Source of the DNA: an uncultured Pseudomonadales bacterium
GTDB lineage: Bacteria; Patescibacteriota; Microgenomatia; UBA1400; MFAQ01
DNA: 64,000 bases
Reading direction: 5' to 3'
Assembly: GCA_964509695.1 (NCBI GenBank)
Contig: CAZDXN010000001.1
Location: forward strand, 51,188-115,187
How positions within the stretch are numbered: position 1 is the stretch's first letter; each line of letters opens with the position of its first letter. The translations under genes and the position numbers were made by a program. Of this stretch, positions 36,794 through 47,212 are shown in pieces. A model generated the notes under the pieces. That model did not search any database and was not told where the DNA came from. It saw only the letters and a program-made list of their open reading frames with translations.

Positions 36794-37756
36794 ATGCTTA
36801 CCAACAAACGGATATCGGTCGTCCCAATTGCCTACAAAGATGAAGGCAATATTCCCGAACTACACAAACGACTAACCATAGTATTAAGGCAGGTTACTCC
36901 TAATTACGAAATTATTTACGTAAATGATGCCAGTCCTGACAAATCACAAGAAATTTTAAAAAAACTTGCCAAAATAGATAAACATCTAACGGTAATTCTC
37001 CATTCGCGCAATTTCGGTGCCCAAAGCGCATTTTCCACCGGGATGAAATATGCCACCGGAGACGCGGTTGTAATAATGGATGGTGATCTACAGGACCCTC
37101 CGTCGCTGATAGTTGAGTTCGTCAAAAAGTGGCTCGCAGGCTATCAGGTAGTTTATGGTGTCCGCAGGAAAAGGGAACGCAGTCTGGGTCGGTTTTGGGA
37201 GAGCATCTATCATGGCTTTTATGTTGTTTTTAATAAACTAAGTTACATCAAGGTGCCTCTCGATGCTGGAGATTTTTCTTTAATGGATCGAGAGGTAGTT
37301 GATCAGATAAACGCTCTTCCTGAAAAGGACCGTTTCATTCGCGGCCTGAGAGCTTGGGTGGGCTTTACTCAGATTGGAGTCAAATACGTTCGCCCGGAAC
37401 GTTTTTCCGGTACAGGAGTTTCCACCAATAGTATTATAAAAGGTACACAATGGGCCAGAAAAGCTGTCTTTTCTTTCTCCTACGCGCCTCTAGAGTGGAT
37501 TTTCTATCTTGCCCTGATAAGCGTTTTGATTTCCCTGCTTGCGGCCGCCACCTACCTAATCATTTACATTATTAATCCGGCGGCGCCTCGGGGCTTCATG
37601 ACGACTCTCTTTGCCGTCCTCTTCGTGGGTAGTATTCAATTGATTTCCCTCGCGATAATCAGTGAATATCTGAGAAGAATTTTTGAAGAGGTGAAGGCCC
37701 GTCCTCATGCAATCATCAGAAGCATTATCAACCCAAAAAGAAGACGTGCGAAATAA
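36794..37756 (+). CDS. GT2 polyprenyl-phosphate glycosyltransferase (GtrB/ArnC-like)
   Basis: VNDASPD, SRNFG, MDGDLQDPP, GDFSLMDR, RFIRGLRAWVGF, and two C-terminal TMs followed by EY..RIFEEVKARP. Confidence 0.9.
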   Translation: MLTNKRISVVPIAYKDEGNIPELHKRLTIVLRQVTPNYEIIYVNDASPDKSQEILKKLAKIDKHLTVILHSRNFGAQSAFSTGMKYATGDAVVIMDGDLQDPPSLIVEFVKKWLAGYQVVYGVRRKRERSLGRFWESIYHGFYVVFNKLSYIKVPLDAGDFSLMDREVVDQINALPEKDRFIRGLRAWVGFTQIGVKYVRPERFSGTGVSTNSIIKGTQWARKAVFSFSYAPLEWIFYLALISVLISLLAAATYLIIYIINPAAPRGFMTTLFAVLFVGSIQLISLAIISEYLRRIFEEVKARPHAIIRSIINPKRRRAK

Positions 37757-38639
37757 AATTCGTCAGATTTGTCCCCTGTGCACGAATAAGCAGTATCGGG
37801 TTATTTTCAGGTCAACGTTTAACATTAATAAACACCTGACAACCAAAATATTTTCTGCTAGGCGTTTCCCTGATCTGATCCATGGAACAATAGTCAAATG
37901 CACCAACTGTGGGTTAGTTCGGACCTTGGAGGTAATAAATCCAATGAAACTAAAAATTCTTTATCAAAAAAGCGCTTTCACTTACCAAAATCTTACCAAT
38001 AACCTAAAGACAACATATGGCAGGATTTTAAAAGACGCCAGTAAGTATACAAAAAAAGGATCATTATTAGAAATCGGCTGCGGCAACGGCTTCCTGTTGG
38101 AAGAAGCAATAAAAATCGGCTTTAACAAGGTTGCCGGTGTAGAACCCAGTCTCGATGCCTTTCATCAGGCAAATTACGTCATAAAATCCGCCATTAAGGT
38201 AGATATTCTGCGTCAAAAACAATTCCATCAGAACAGTTTCGACCTAATCGCCGCTTTTCAGGTTTTCGATCATATCGCAAATCCAAATAAGTTTTTAAGT
38301 ATTTGCCATTCATTATTAAAACCAGAAGGAATCTTGGTATTAATGAACCACGATGTCGCTTCCTTGTCTGCAAAAATACTAGGAGAGAAAAGTCCTATTT
38401 ATGATATCGAACACCCTTTTCTATATAGTCAAAATACAATCAGAAGAACACTTGAGAACAACAATTACAAAGTTATGAAAATATATAGCCCAACAGCAAT
38501 ATTTAACCTAAAATACTGCTTGAGGCTTTTACCATTACCAGCTTCAATAAAAAAAATGTTGGAACTATCAAAGAGCTGGTTATTGAATATTAATTTCAAG
38601 ATAAAGCCCGGAAATATAGCCGTTTATGCTCAAAAATAG
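37746..38639 (+). CDS. Class I SAM methyltransferase with N-terminal Zn ribbon
   Basis: CPLC...CTNCG, LLEIGCGNG, GVEPS, FQVFDH. GTG start at 37746 assumed. Confidence 0.85.
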   Translation: MRNKIRQICPLCTNKQYRVIFRSTFNINKHLTTKIFSARRFPDLIHGTIVKCTNCGLVRTLEVINPMKLKILYQKSAFTYQNLTNNLKTTYGRILKDASKYTKKGSLLEIGCGNGFLLEEAIKIGFNKVAGVEPSLDAFHQANYVIKSAIKVDILRQKQFHQNSFDLIAAFQVFDHIANPNKFLSICHSLLKPEGILVLMNHDVASLSAKILGEKSPIYDIEHPFLYSQNTIRRTLENNNYKVMKIYSPTAIFNLKYCLRLLPLPASIKKMLELSKSWLLNINFKIKPGNIAVYAQK

Positions 38640-39348
38640 ACAAGAGAAAAATATTAGTGAATTTAGTAAGGATGCCGTCAGGCTCGGAGGATATATCTAC
38701 ACAAGTAATCAAAAACTCAGTAGTCTCCTCGCCAACGATCACATTACAGGGCGAACATTGTCTCTCTTGGACCTTACGGATAAGAAAATATTTGATATTG
38801 GCTGTGGAGATGGGGTTTATACTCAAGAGCTCAATTCAAAAGGGAAACCACGGTCGATATTAGCCATTGATCCTTCAATCGAGGCAATCAAAACAGCCAA
38901 GAAAAACAACCGCCATCCCGAAAGGGTGTCCTTCCGGGTTGGCGACATTTATTCACTTCCCAGATTGAAATTTGATATCGCTATTGTCAGAGGGGTAATC
39001 CACCATCTGTATCGGCCGGAGAAGGCAATATGTGAAATTTCCAAAATCGCAAAAACAATTCTCATTATTGAACCAAACGGTTATAACCCTGTCTTGAAAA
39101 TTATTGAAAAAGTATCTACGTATCATATCGAACATGAGGAAAAGTCATTCCCTCCGTTTTTAATTGACCGATGGATCAGAAATAATTCTGGGACAATCAA
39201 AGTCAGAAAGTTCGCAGGCCTAGTCCCCTTTTTTTGCCCAAACTACTTGGCCTCTTTTCTAAAGCGGCTTGAACCGGCAATCGAGAAAATCCCGCTAATA
39301 AACAAAATACTATGTGCTCAGTATTATGTGATCTATGACCTTAAGTGA
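38626..39348 (+). CDS. Class I SAM-dependent methyltransferase
   Basis: FDIGCGDG, AIDPS, GVIHHL, IEPN. Confidence 0.88.
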   Translation: MLKNRQEKNISEFSKDAVRLGGYIYTSNQKLSSLLANDHITGRTLSLLDLTDKKIFDIGCGDGVYTQELNSKGKPRSILAIDPSIEAIKTAKKNNRHPERVSFRVGDIYSLPRLKFDIAIVRGVIHHLYRPEKAICEISKIAKTILIIEPNGYNPVLKIIEKVSTYHIEHEEKSFPPFLIDRWIRNNSGTIKVRKFAGLVPFFCPNYLASFLKRLEPAIEKIPLINKILCAQYYVIYDLK

Positions 39349-40175
39349 ATACTCCAAGCAATAAGTTCAGTAATTCAGTCATCAACCTACTTGCAATCGT
39401 CGCCTTGTCTATAACAGGTATTTTCGGCATACTTCGTTATTTGAAATCAGAAAATACCGGTTTTTTTACAGTTGAGACCTCTCCTAAAATTGTAAATATC
39501 GTTTCTCCTCCCGATTCAAGGTTATTAAAGAACAACTATTTCGAGGCAAAATTTAAGGCCACCTTGCCCCACCTCGGGATTGTTTCGATCCGATTCGATA
39601 CTTTCGATCGCATCAACAACGACACACTCAGATTTAAATTAATAAAAATAAATAAGAATGAAAAATTGTACGAGGGTTCTTACAAAACGGATCAATTCCA
39701 ACCTGAAAAACTTTTTCCATTTGGATTTCCTGTGGTTGCTGATTCCGAGGGAGAAACTTTTCAAATTAATCTCACTTCCGAAACAGGATCTCCGTCCTCA
39801 TCGGTCGCCATCAGTCATAATTTGCCATTTATCACTACTAGGTATGTGTTGAATATCAATACCCTAAGACGTGAGCCGATTCTTTTATATCGCTTTTTCC
39901 GCTACAAAATAACCAATTTTATCTCGAATCCTCGTTTCATTAGCTATCTTACTATCTCTTTTCTTCCTCTTTGTCTGTATCTTTTTCTTTACAAGAAGAT
40001 AAAAAACAAATTGGGACTCTTCACCTTTACCATGTTCGTGATATTGATAGGAATTCCCCGGATTTCACCAGAACCGATAGTCGAGATTTTTTCAGCTACG
40101 GCCGTCATATCTTTGATATTACTCACAATTTCATCCGTTCGGAAAGCAATCCATTACAATAACAAAAATGTCTAA
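39345..40175 (+). CDS. Membrane protein of unknown function with 'TDQFQ/FPFG' domain
   Basis: One N-terminal TM, the shared ~110-aa domain, then ~3 TMs. Confidence 0.7.
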   Translation: MNTPSNKFSNSVINLLAIVALSITGIFGILRYLKSENTGFFTVETSPKIVNIVSPPDSRLLKNNYFEAKFKATLPHLGIVSIRFDTFDRINNDTLRFKLIKINKNEKLYEGSYKTDQFQPEKLFPFGFPVVADSEGETFQINLTSETGSPSSSVAISHNLPFITTRYVLNINTLRREPILLYRFFRYKITNFISNPRFISYLTISFLPLCLYLFLYKKIKNKLGLFTFTMFVILIGIPRISPEPIVEIFSATAVISLILLTISSVRKAIHYNNKNV

Positions 40176-40863
40176 TACGTTTATCGAAATACCTACTGAC
40201 GAGCTTTCGGGGCGGTTGGCTTTTACTGTATCCAAATTTATAGACAAAAAAGATATTCGTCAAAAAAGAGTTTTAGACATAGGTTGTGGGTTCGGATGGT
40301 TTGAGGCATGGGCACTTAATCAACAACCTGAAACCATTCACGGAATCGAACTAAAAAGCGATAATCTCAAAAACCTTAAAAAAATGAGAGACAAACGTCT
40401 AAAATGTAAGGTGGGAAGTGCCATCAAGATCCCCTATCCAAATAATAGTTTCGATACAGTGACATCATGGGAGGTGGTCGAACACATTCCGCCTCAGACA
40501 GAAGAGACAATGTTTCGGGAAGTATATCGGGTGCTAAAGCCGAGAGGAGTTTTTTATCTTTCTACTCCCAACTCCCATTTGGTTAGCAGGGTCCTTGATC
40601 CGGCTTGGTGGCTGATTGGGCATCGTCATTATAACCTCGACTTCTTTAGAAGACTCGCCAAGAAGACTGGCTTTCAAATCCGAAGATACGTCGTCAAGGG
40701 TAAAATTTGGGAGCTCCTGACAATAATTAACCTCTATATTTCAAAATGGCTTCTAAAGAGGCCACTTCTATTTCCGACCTTCTTTTCCCGAAGGCGGGAT
40801 AAGGAATACCGTCAAAAAAACGGTTTTGCCTTGATTTTTATAAAATTAACGAAACAAAAATAA
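40168..40863 (+). CDS. Class I SAM-dependent methyltransferase
   Basis: VLDIGCGFG, IPYPNNSFD, EVVEHI, RVLKPRG...STPN. Confidence 0.88.
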   Translation: MSNTFIEIPTDELSGRLAFTVSKFIDKKDIRQKRVLDIGCGFGWFEAWALNQQPETIHGIELKSDNLKNLKKMRDKRLKCKVGSAIKIPYPNNSFDTVTSWEVVEHIPPQTEETMFREVYRVLKPRGVFYLSTPNSHLVSRVLDPAWWLIGHRHYNLDFFRRLAKKTGFQIRRYVVKGKIWELLTIINLYISKWLLKRPLLFPTFFSRRRDKEYRQKNGFALIFIKLTKQK

Positions 40864-41936
40864 TGTCGTTGACAAAATATCCAAAAATCTCAGTCGTTAT
40901 GCCAATTTTGAACGAGTCATTTCGACTGGCCGGATGTTTGCGGTCTATCAGAGACCAGAACTATCCTCAAGATAAAATTGAAATAATAATTGCGGACGGT
41001 GGGTCGACAGATGATTCGGTAAAAATAGCAAAACAGTTTGGGGCAATTGTTGTCTTTAATCCTCTTAGAACTTCAGAAAGTGGGAAAGCTGCCGCCCTAA
41101 AAGAAAGTAAGGGAGATCTGATTCTCCTCATAGACGGAGACAATTTGCTACCCGATAATAATTGGCTTCGTAAAATGGTTCGGCCCCTATCGGCCGATAA
41201 AAGATTGGTTGGTAGTGAGGCTCTTTACTTCACTCATAGGTATACGGACGGGTTCATCGATAGATACTGTGCCTTAATTGGGATGAATGACCCTCTATGT
41301 TATTGGCTTGGCGCCTACGATAGGTACTCCCTATTATCAGGAAAATGGACGGGCCTTCAGGTTCAGAGTAAAAAACATAAAGATTATCTTGAGGTAAAAT
41401 TGCATCAAGGGAATATTCCGACCATAGGTTCAAATGGTTGTCTCTTTCGCCATTCCATCTTCGAAAAAAACCATGAGCTACAAAGAAAATATCTATTCGA
41501 CATGGATATTTTGGAACTTCTCTGTCATAAATACGGCCCGCAACTTTTCGCCAAAGTTGAAGTGGGGGTGATTCACCTGTATTGCGGCACGAGTCTAAGG
41601 CGGTTCGCCAGGAAACAACACCGAAGGGTCAAAGATTTTCTCTTTCGACGTTCGCTAAAAAATATTTTTGTAGAAAATAGTTATGAGAAAAGGAGATATC
41701 AATACGGGCAGAAAAATCAATTTAACTTACTTTGGGGGTTAGCCGGTTTCTCTCTTTCTTGTCTAACAGTGTTTCCTCTATTGTTTCAGTCACTTTACGG
41801 GTATTCCAAAAAACGTGATTCCGCCTGGTTCGCCCACCCCTTCCTCTGTTGGATAACTTTTGTTATCTATGCCTATGGAGCCGCTGAAAGTTTATTTTTT
41901 AGTAGTGAGTATAGCCGCGAGAAATGGGGAAGATAA
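40863..41936 (+). CDS. GT2 glycosyltransferase with C-terminal membrane helices
   Basis: SVVMPILNE, ADGGSTD, IDGDN. Paralog of 8241-9257. Confidence 0.85.
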   Translation: MSLTKYPKISVVMPILNESFRLAGCLRSIRDQNYPQDKIEIIIADGGSTDDSVKIAKQFGAIVVFNPLRTSESGKAAALKESKGDLILLIDGDNLLPDNNWLRKMVRPLSADKRLVGSEALYFTHRYTDGFIDRYCALIGMNDPLCYWLGAYDRYSLLSGKWTGLQVQSKKHKDYLEVKLHQGNIPTIGSNGCLFRHSIFEKNHELQRKYLFDMDILELLCHKYGPQLFAKVEVGVIHLYCGTSLRRFARKQHRRVKDFLFRRSLKNIFVENSYEKRRYQYGQKNQFNLLWGLAGFSLSCLTVFPLLFQSLYGYSKKRDSAWFAHPFLCWITFVIYAYGAAESLFFSSEYSREKWGR

Positions 41937-44083
41937 TTATTTTATTTACCGCTGTCATCTTATTGTTGGGGATCAACAGTCCTCGTAAATTTTCCATCCC
42001 CAAACAAGTCGATCAAGACGAACTTAGAAAGAATGTCATATCGGATCCGAAATTATTTGCAGACCCTCTGTCGTCAAATTATTTCTGGGTAAACGACGTT
42101 TCCGGAGACAGGCCGAGGAAAGTACATATCAGTTTTATTCACTCCATCGCCGTGGGCGGTTTTTCAATATTTTTCCCCGGGAACATGGAAACAAATTCTT
42201 CGTATGTCCCCGATGATTTTGACGTCTACACCAAACCCGTTGGCGCTGGCTGGGAACTTGCCGATCAAGAAAGACACTTTGGAAGATCATCGTATGTTCT
42301 TAAATTAAAGGAAAATATCGATCTTGAGGGTATCAACCTTGTACTGTTAGGAAGCAAACATGAAAACAGTGAGGTCAGAATATCTGACTTAAAAATCTAT
42401 ACCAAGACAAACGTAAACCTTAGAGAATATCTTTTGTGGCTGGTTTCTTCAAACAGTAAAAGTGTCTGGTCATATTTAGGCTTGTCTATTCTGTTTTATA
42501 TCGTTATTATGGCCCCAGGAATAGGCCTCTTGACGTTTTTCTTTAGCAATAAGAAAAAGTCTGTAGATCTCGGCACTACCTTCGTTTTTGGCCCGCTTCT
42601 TTCGATGCTAGTGCTCGCGGGCTCTACTTTAGGCTATATCATTTCCAAGAACCAAACGTTTCTGTCAATCTATCTCCCTTATTTTGTGATAGGTTCAATT
42701 ATTTTCTTTCGAAAAAAAGTATACCGAAAGTTGGGAGATATCAAATTTCTTCTACTATTATCGATTGCGTTTTTACTAGCCACAACCTTGCTTCAAATAA
42801 CACGAGACACGTTACTTAATCTGAACTATATCGAAACATTTCTGGACAATCTAAATCCTCTTTCCTTGAGTAGCTATTTTGGATATCACGCGGACAACAC
42901 GATGCCCTGGGGAATAGCCAGAAGTTTTTTACATCAAGCGAGTCCGTTTTCACAGGAAGCTCTTCACTATCGCTTGGGTCAACCAGCGAGCAGCGTAACC
43001 AATAGAATTCCAACCTTGTCATTAATAGTCGCCCCAATTTTAGCGTTTTTTGGAGAAAGTCATTTTGTCTTTCAACGTTTTCTTAATGTTTTGGTTTCCT
43101 TTTACTACCTAGCTGTATTTTGGACGATAAAGCAGTTCTTTTCTGAAAAAGTTTCCCGTTTGACCATATTATTGCTTCTATTAAGCGTCCCAATATCGCT
43201 TACTACCTGGAATGCCGAACTTAACATCAAATACGTTTCCATGTACCCCTTGATCTTAGCCGCAGGTTTTTTGGTCAAAGGGGGAACGGGGTCGCTTTTG
43301 TCAATTAGTGGTCTTTTTGTCTTTTCTGTACTCATCCACCCTATGGCAATTTTATTTGCCCCGGCTTTTACAATCGTGTTTTTGCTAAAAAGAAAAACGT
43401 TTGGGGGAATGCTATTCGAGTCAGTTGTTTCCTGTTTGCCAGCGGTCGGTGTTTTGGCTGTATGGTTTGTTCTTACCGCCTTGGTAAAGGACAACCCCGA
43501 CCCTTCCACTGGTTCTATCCCTTCGTCAAATATTTATACTTTTTTCAATGCCGATAGCCTAACTTGGACAAACAAGGCGGCAAATATCATTAATATCTTT
43601 ATCCCTGATTACTTAAATCGTTTCTACCCAAATTTTCTTTCCGGAGAATACGCCCGTTTGTTTTTCAGAACATCTATTATCGGGTCTCTTAGTCCATTTT
43701 TTACCTATTATCTATTTTTCCGCACAAAAATAATCACCATTGCTAATCATTTATTGGTTATAGCATTGAGTGTGATTCCCCAAATTATATTTTGGCTTCA
43801 CCCGCACTATTATGACTTTTCGTCATTTGCTCTTTTTTTCCCTTTTGCCGTTCCGTTCTTATTCGCACTAGTGGTTCAAGAACTAATTAAAGATACTCCC
43901 GGGAAAAGGTTTCTCTACATATTTTCATATGTGGTTTTTATGGGCATAAGCTTTTTTGTCACATCCAATGCCTTTCCTGATCTGAAGTATTGGGACAATG
44001 TAATTTCTACCTACACAATCGCCCTCTGGTCTATATTCATCTTGGTTTCAATATATACATTGAAATCGCAGGCTAAAACATAA
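41924..44083 (+). CDS. Multi-pass membrane protein (GT-C-like) with N-terminal beta-sandwich/discoidin-like domain
   Basis: Signal/TM, soluble beta-rich segment (YFW...VPDDFDVY...W...ISDLKIY), ADN loop, ~12 TMs. Confidence 0.5.
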   Translation: MGKIIILFTAVILLLGINSPRKFSIPKQVDQDELRKNVISDPKLFADPLSSNYFWVNDVSGDRPRKVHISFIHSIAVGGFSIFFPGNMETNSSYVPDDFDVYTKPVGAGWELADQERHFGRSSYVLKLKENIDLEGINLVLLGSKHENSEVRISDLKIYTKTNVNLREYLLWLVSSNSKSVWSYLGLSILFYIVIMAPGIGLLTFFFSNKKKSVDLGTTFVFGPLLSMLVLAGSTLGYIISKNQTFLSIYLPYFVIGSIIFFRKKVYRKLGDIKFLLLLSIAFLLATTLLQITRDTLLNLNYIETFLDNLNPLSLSSYFGYHADNTMPWGIARSFLHQASPFSQEALHYRLGQPASSVTNRIPTLSLIVAPILAFFGESHFVFQRFLNVLVSFYYLAVFWTIKQFFSEKVSRLTILLLLLSVPISLTTWNAELNIKYVSMYPLILAAGFLVKGGTGSLLSISGLFVFSVLIHPMAILFAPAFTIVFLLKRKTFGGMLFESVVSCLPAVGVLAVWFVLTALVKDNPDPSTGSIPSSNIYTFFNADSLTWTNKAANIINIFIPDYLNRFYPNFLSGEYARLFFRTSIIGSLSPFFTYYLFFRTKIITIANHLLVIALSVIPQIIFWLHPHYYDFSSFALFFPFAVPFLFALVVQELIKDTPGKRFLYIFSYVVFMGISFFVTSNAFPDLKYWDNVISTYTIALWSIFILVSIYTLKSQAKT

Positions 44084-45235
44084 ATGATGCAACACGGCAA
44101 GGTCCTTATCATTTGCCCATTTACCGCTCCGAATCAGGGTGGTGTAGAGTCCCACATCCAGAAGCTACTTAAGTTTTTGGATACCAAAAAAACCAAGGCC
44201 ATCATTGTCAGCTACACCCCACTCACTACCCCAATAAAGTCCCCCTGGTACGAAAAAAAGGATAACTACGAAATCTATCGTATGCCATGGTTTGGCAACG
44301 GTTGGTTCCCGAAAATCGAACACAATCCGATTCTGACTTCTCTCTACCTCGTTCCGGGTTTGTTGTTCCTCAGTCTTTACGTTGGGATCAGACGAAGGAA
44401 TGAAATTAGGGTCGTTCATTCCCATGGCTTCGCCGCTGGATTGATTGGCGCGTTGATGAAACCCATCATCAATAAGAGATCCGTAATTAGTACCCACGCG
44501 ATCTACAATTTTGAGAACCGCCCTCTACTCGCAAAAATTATCAAAGGTATCCTGTCCTGCTACGATTATATCCTCGCTGTCGGAGAACCATCCAAACAAG
44601 AGCTTATCAAGATCGGCCTGTCAAAGGAAAAGATAGAAGTTCATCCCAACTGGGTCGACACGGACTTTTTCAAACCCGCCAACGCTTCCAAGTTCCACAA
44701 AAAATTAACCGCGATCTTTGTTGGTAGAGGATTGAGGAAGAAAGGCCTCTTTCTTTTCGGAGAACTAGCAGTGGAAAATCCGAATCTTGATTTCATCGCC
44801 CGCGTCGCTGAAGGTCCCGATCTGGATGAATTCATTACGAAATTTAGCAATCAAAAAAACCTAGACATCAGGACGGGTTTGCCTCAAGATTTTGAAAAGA
44901 AAATGAAAACCATCAGGGGCGAGTATCAGTCAGCAGATGTCTTTATTATGCCCTCTCTTTACCCAGAAGGTTTTGCCTCGGTAGTAATCGAGGCTGCCAG
45001 TTCCGGCCTAGCCCTTATTTCATCCAATCTCGGCACCCTCCCCAGCATTCTAGAGGGATCAGGCGCTGAGATAGTAACCCCGACCGAAAAAAACATCTCG
45101 GCTGTTCTGCGGAAACTGGACAGAAACAGGTCCCTATTACGGAAACTCCAAATCGGCATGAGACAATTCGCTATAAGCAAGTTTTCCGACGAAAACGCCG
45201 AGGTAATATACAATAGCTACAACTTCCGGCAATGA
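44084..45235 (+). CDS. GT4 glycosyltransferase
   Basis: GGVESH, VHSH, PNWVD, FVGR..KKG, PSLYPEGFASVVIEA. Confidence 0.9.
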   Translation: MMQHGKVLIICPFTAPNQGGVESHIQKLLKFLDTKKTKAIIVSYTPLTTPIKSPWYEKKDNYEIYRMPWFGNGWFPKIEHNPILTSLYLVPGLLFLSLYVGIRRRNEIRVVHSHGFAAGLIGALMKPIINKRSVISTHAIYNFENRPLLAKIIKGILSCYDYILAVGEPSKQELIKIGLSKEKIEVHPNWVDTDFFKPANASKFHKKLTAIFVGRGLRKKGLFLFGELAVENPNLDFIARVAEGPDLDEFITKFSNQKNLDIRTGLPQDFEKKMKTIRGEYQSADVFIMPSLYPEGFASVVIEAASSGLALISSNLGTLPSILEGSGAEIVTPTEKNISAVLRKLDRNRSLLRKLQIGMRQFAISKFSDENAEVIYNSYNFRQ

Positions 45236-45855
45236 AAAAAATAAAACTTAATCTCGGTTCGGGACCGTCCGGAATAAACGGCTGGGTTAATTATGACACT
45301 GGAGTACTTCCTTGGCTCTCAAGACATCCCCAACTTAGGCATCTAATTTGTGCTTTGGGTCTGTTACCCAAAAATTACGACGTCGAATGGCCTGAAATCC
45401 AACTGGTCGATATAAGACACAAGTTTCCTTTGGAAGATGAATCTGTCGATTTTATTTATTGTTCCCAAGTAATCGAGCATTTTGAAAGATATGAAGCTCT
45501 AAATATACTAAGGGAGTCTCACCGGGTTCTAAAACTTGATGGAGTTATCCGCATCAGTGTCCCGGATATAGAGAAAATGCTTAGTCCTGATTTTACCGCC
45601 AGAGAAATAAACGTCCTCTGGTGGGGATACGAAAAAGATATTCCTCCTGCAAATATTTTCTCCAAGATTTCACGGCTATTTATTCGCGAACATCAATGGC
45701 ACTATGACACTACATCAATGAAAAAGCTCCTCTCTCAAGCTGGCTACAGGAGGGTGAAAACGTGCTCATTCAGAAGAGGTGAAACACCTGATCTTGATCG
45801 AGTTGAGATTGATGCTCACAAAAAGCACAGCCTCTATATAGAGGCAAAGAAATAG
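45232..45855 (+). CDS. SAM-dependent methyltransferase (type 11-like)
   Basis: LNLGSG...GWVNYD, FPLEDESVD, VIEHF, RVLKLDG..RISVPD. Confidence 0.85.
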   Translation: MKKIKLNLGSGPSGINGWVNYDTGVLPWLSRHPQLRHLICALGLLPKNYDVEWPEIQLVDIRHKFPLEDESVDFIYCSQVIEHFERYEALNILRESHRVLKLDGVIRISVPDIEKMLSPDFTAREINVLWWGYEKDIPPANIFSKISRLFIREHQWHYDTTSMKKLLSQAGYRRVKTCSFRRGETPDLDRVEIDAHKKHSLYIEAKK

Positions 45856-45862
45856 ATCAGAT

Positions 45863-47212
45863 ATGAAAATCTTATTTATATATCCATCCAACGACCCCTC
45901 TTATCCACTACAGCTTGGAGCTCTCTCATCCTTTATAAAACAAGAGAAACATCAGGCAAAGTTGTTATCACTAAAAATTACTGGGACTATAGAAACCGAG
46001 CATTTTTCTGAAATCAAAGGAATCATTAAGGACTTTAACCCGGATTATATTGGTTTCAGTTGTTACGAGACCGCCTTCCCCTGGATAAAAAAAATAAGTA
46101 ACTACATCAAGAAGCACTGGCCGGGGATAAAAATCATTGCCGGGGGATACTTCGCCACGCTCGCCCCCGAAGAAGTTATCTCATTTAAAGCGATAGATAT
46201 TGTTTGCCGAGGTGAGGGGGAATATCCACTGCTCGAGTTGTTCAACAAACCTCAAAAGACTAATATCCAGAACTTATGGATAAAGAAGAGTAATGAAATT
46301 ATCAAAAATCCCATACGACCATTGATTGTGGATCTGGACGAACTTCCCTACCCCGATAGGGAAATGCTCGACTACCAAAACCAGTTGGATCTTGAAAAAA
46401 GGGGTGAAAGGACTATCAAGATAATGGCCACTCGAGGTTGCCCTTATTTTTGCACCTACTGCAGCAACAAATATTTCCGAGCTCTCGTTCCCAATCCCCA
46501 GATATATCTTCGGCTGAGAAGCCCGAAAAACGTCATCGAAGAGATCAAACAACTAAAGTCAAAGTATAACTTTGAACTCGTCGGCTTTCATGACGACAAT
46601 CTGACGCTGGACATCAAATGGCTGAAAAAATTTGCAGGGCTATATAGTAAACAAATCGGTCTCCCGTTTTACTGCGCCACCAGAGTTGAGTATTGTAAAA
46701 ATGAAGTTCTCGACATTCTAAAAAATGCCGGCTGCTACTTACTGCTCATCGGCGTCGAAAGCGGTGACGAAAAATATCGGGCGGGGATGATGAAGCGATT
46801 TATGACTAACAAGGCTACCATCGAAGCCTTCCATCGTGCTAGGGGAAAAGGTCTCCTAACTTGGTCATTCACCATGGTCGGCCTTCCCAAAGAAAATCGG
46901 TTAATGCTGCTGAAGACGATCTGGTTAAATTGGCAGTGTAAGGCTGATTTCGTCATGTCTTCAATTTTTTACCCCTTAAAGGGAACTGAACTAGGAAATC
47001 TTTGTTATGAGAGTGGTTGGGTAAACCAAGAAAAAAAAGAAAATATCACCTCTTATGCTTGGGATACCGTCCTCGATCATCCCATTCTTTCAACACTAGA
47101 AATCCGCTTGGCAAAATATCTGAACTCCCTTACCGCCATCAGAAGCCCTCTATTTTGGGAGCTGACTTCCAGCAGGGTAAAAAATTATTTGCTGGGAAAA
47201 GGAAGACTATGA
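45863..47212 (+). CDS. Cobalamin-binding-domain radical SAM protein
   Basis: AGGYFAT, GEGE, TRGCPYFCTYC, FHDDN, IGVESG. Confidence 0.9.
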   Translation: MKILFIYPSNDPSYPLQLGALSSFIKQEKHQAKLLSLKITGTIETEHFSEIKGIIKDFNPDYIGFSCYETAFPWIKKISNYIKKHWPGIKIIAGGYFATLAPEEVISFKAIDIVCRGEGEYPLLELFNKPQKTNIQNLWIKKSNEIIKNPIRPLIVDLDELPYPDREMLDYQNQLDLEKRGERTIKIMATRGCPYFCTYCSNKYFRALVPNPQIYLRLRSPKNVIEEIKQLKSKYNFELVGFHDDNLTLDIKWLKKFAGLYSKQIGLPFYCATRVEYCKNEVLDILKNAGCYLLLIGVESGDEKYRAGMMKRFMTNKATIEAFHRARGKGLLTWSFTMVGLPKENRLMLLKTIWLNWQCKADFVMSSIFYPLKGTELGNLCYESGWVNQEKKENITSYAWDTVLDHPILSTLEIRLAKYLNSLTAIRSPLFWELTSSRVKNYLLGKGRL

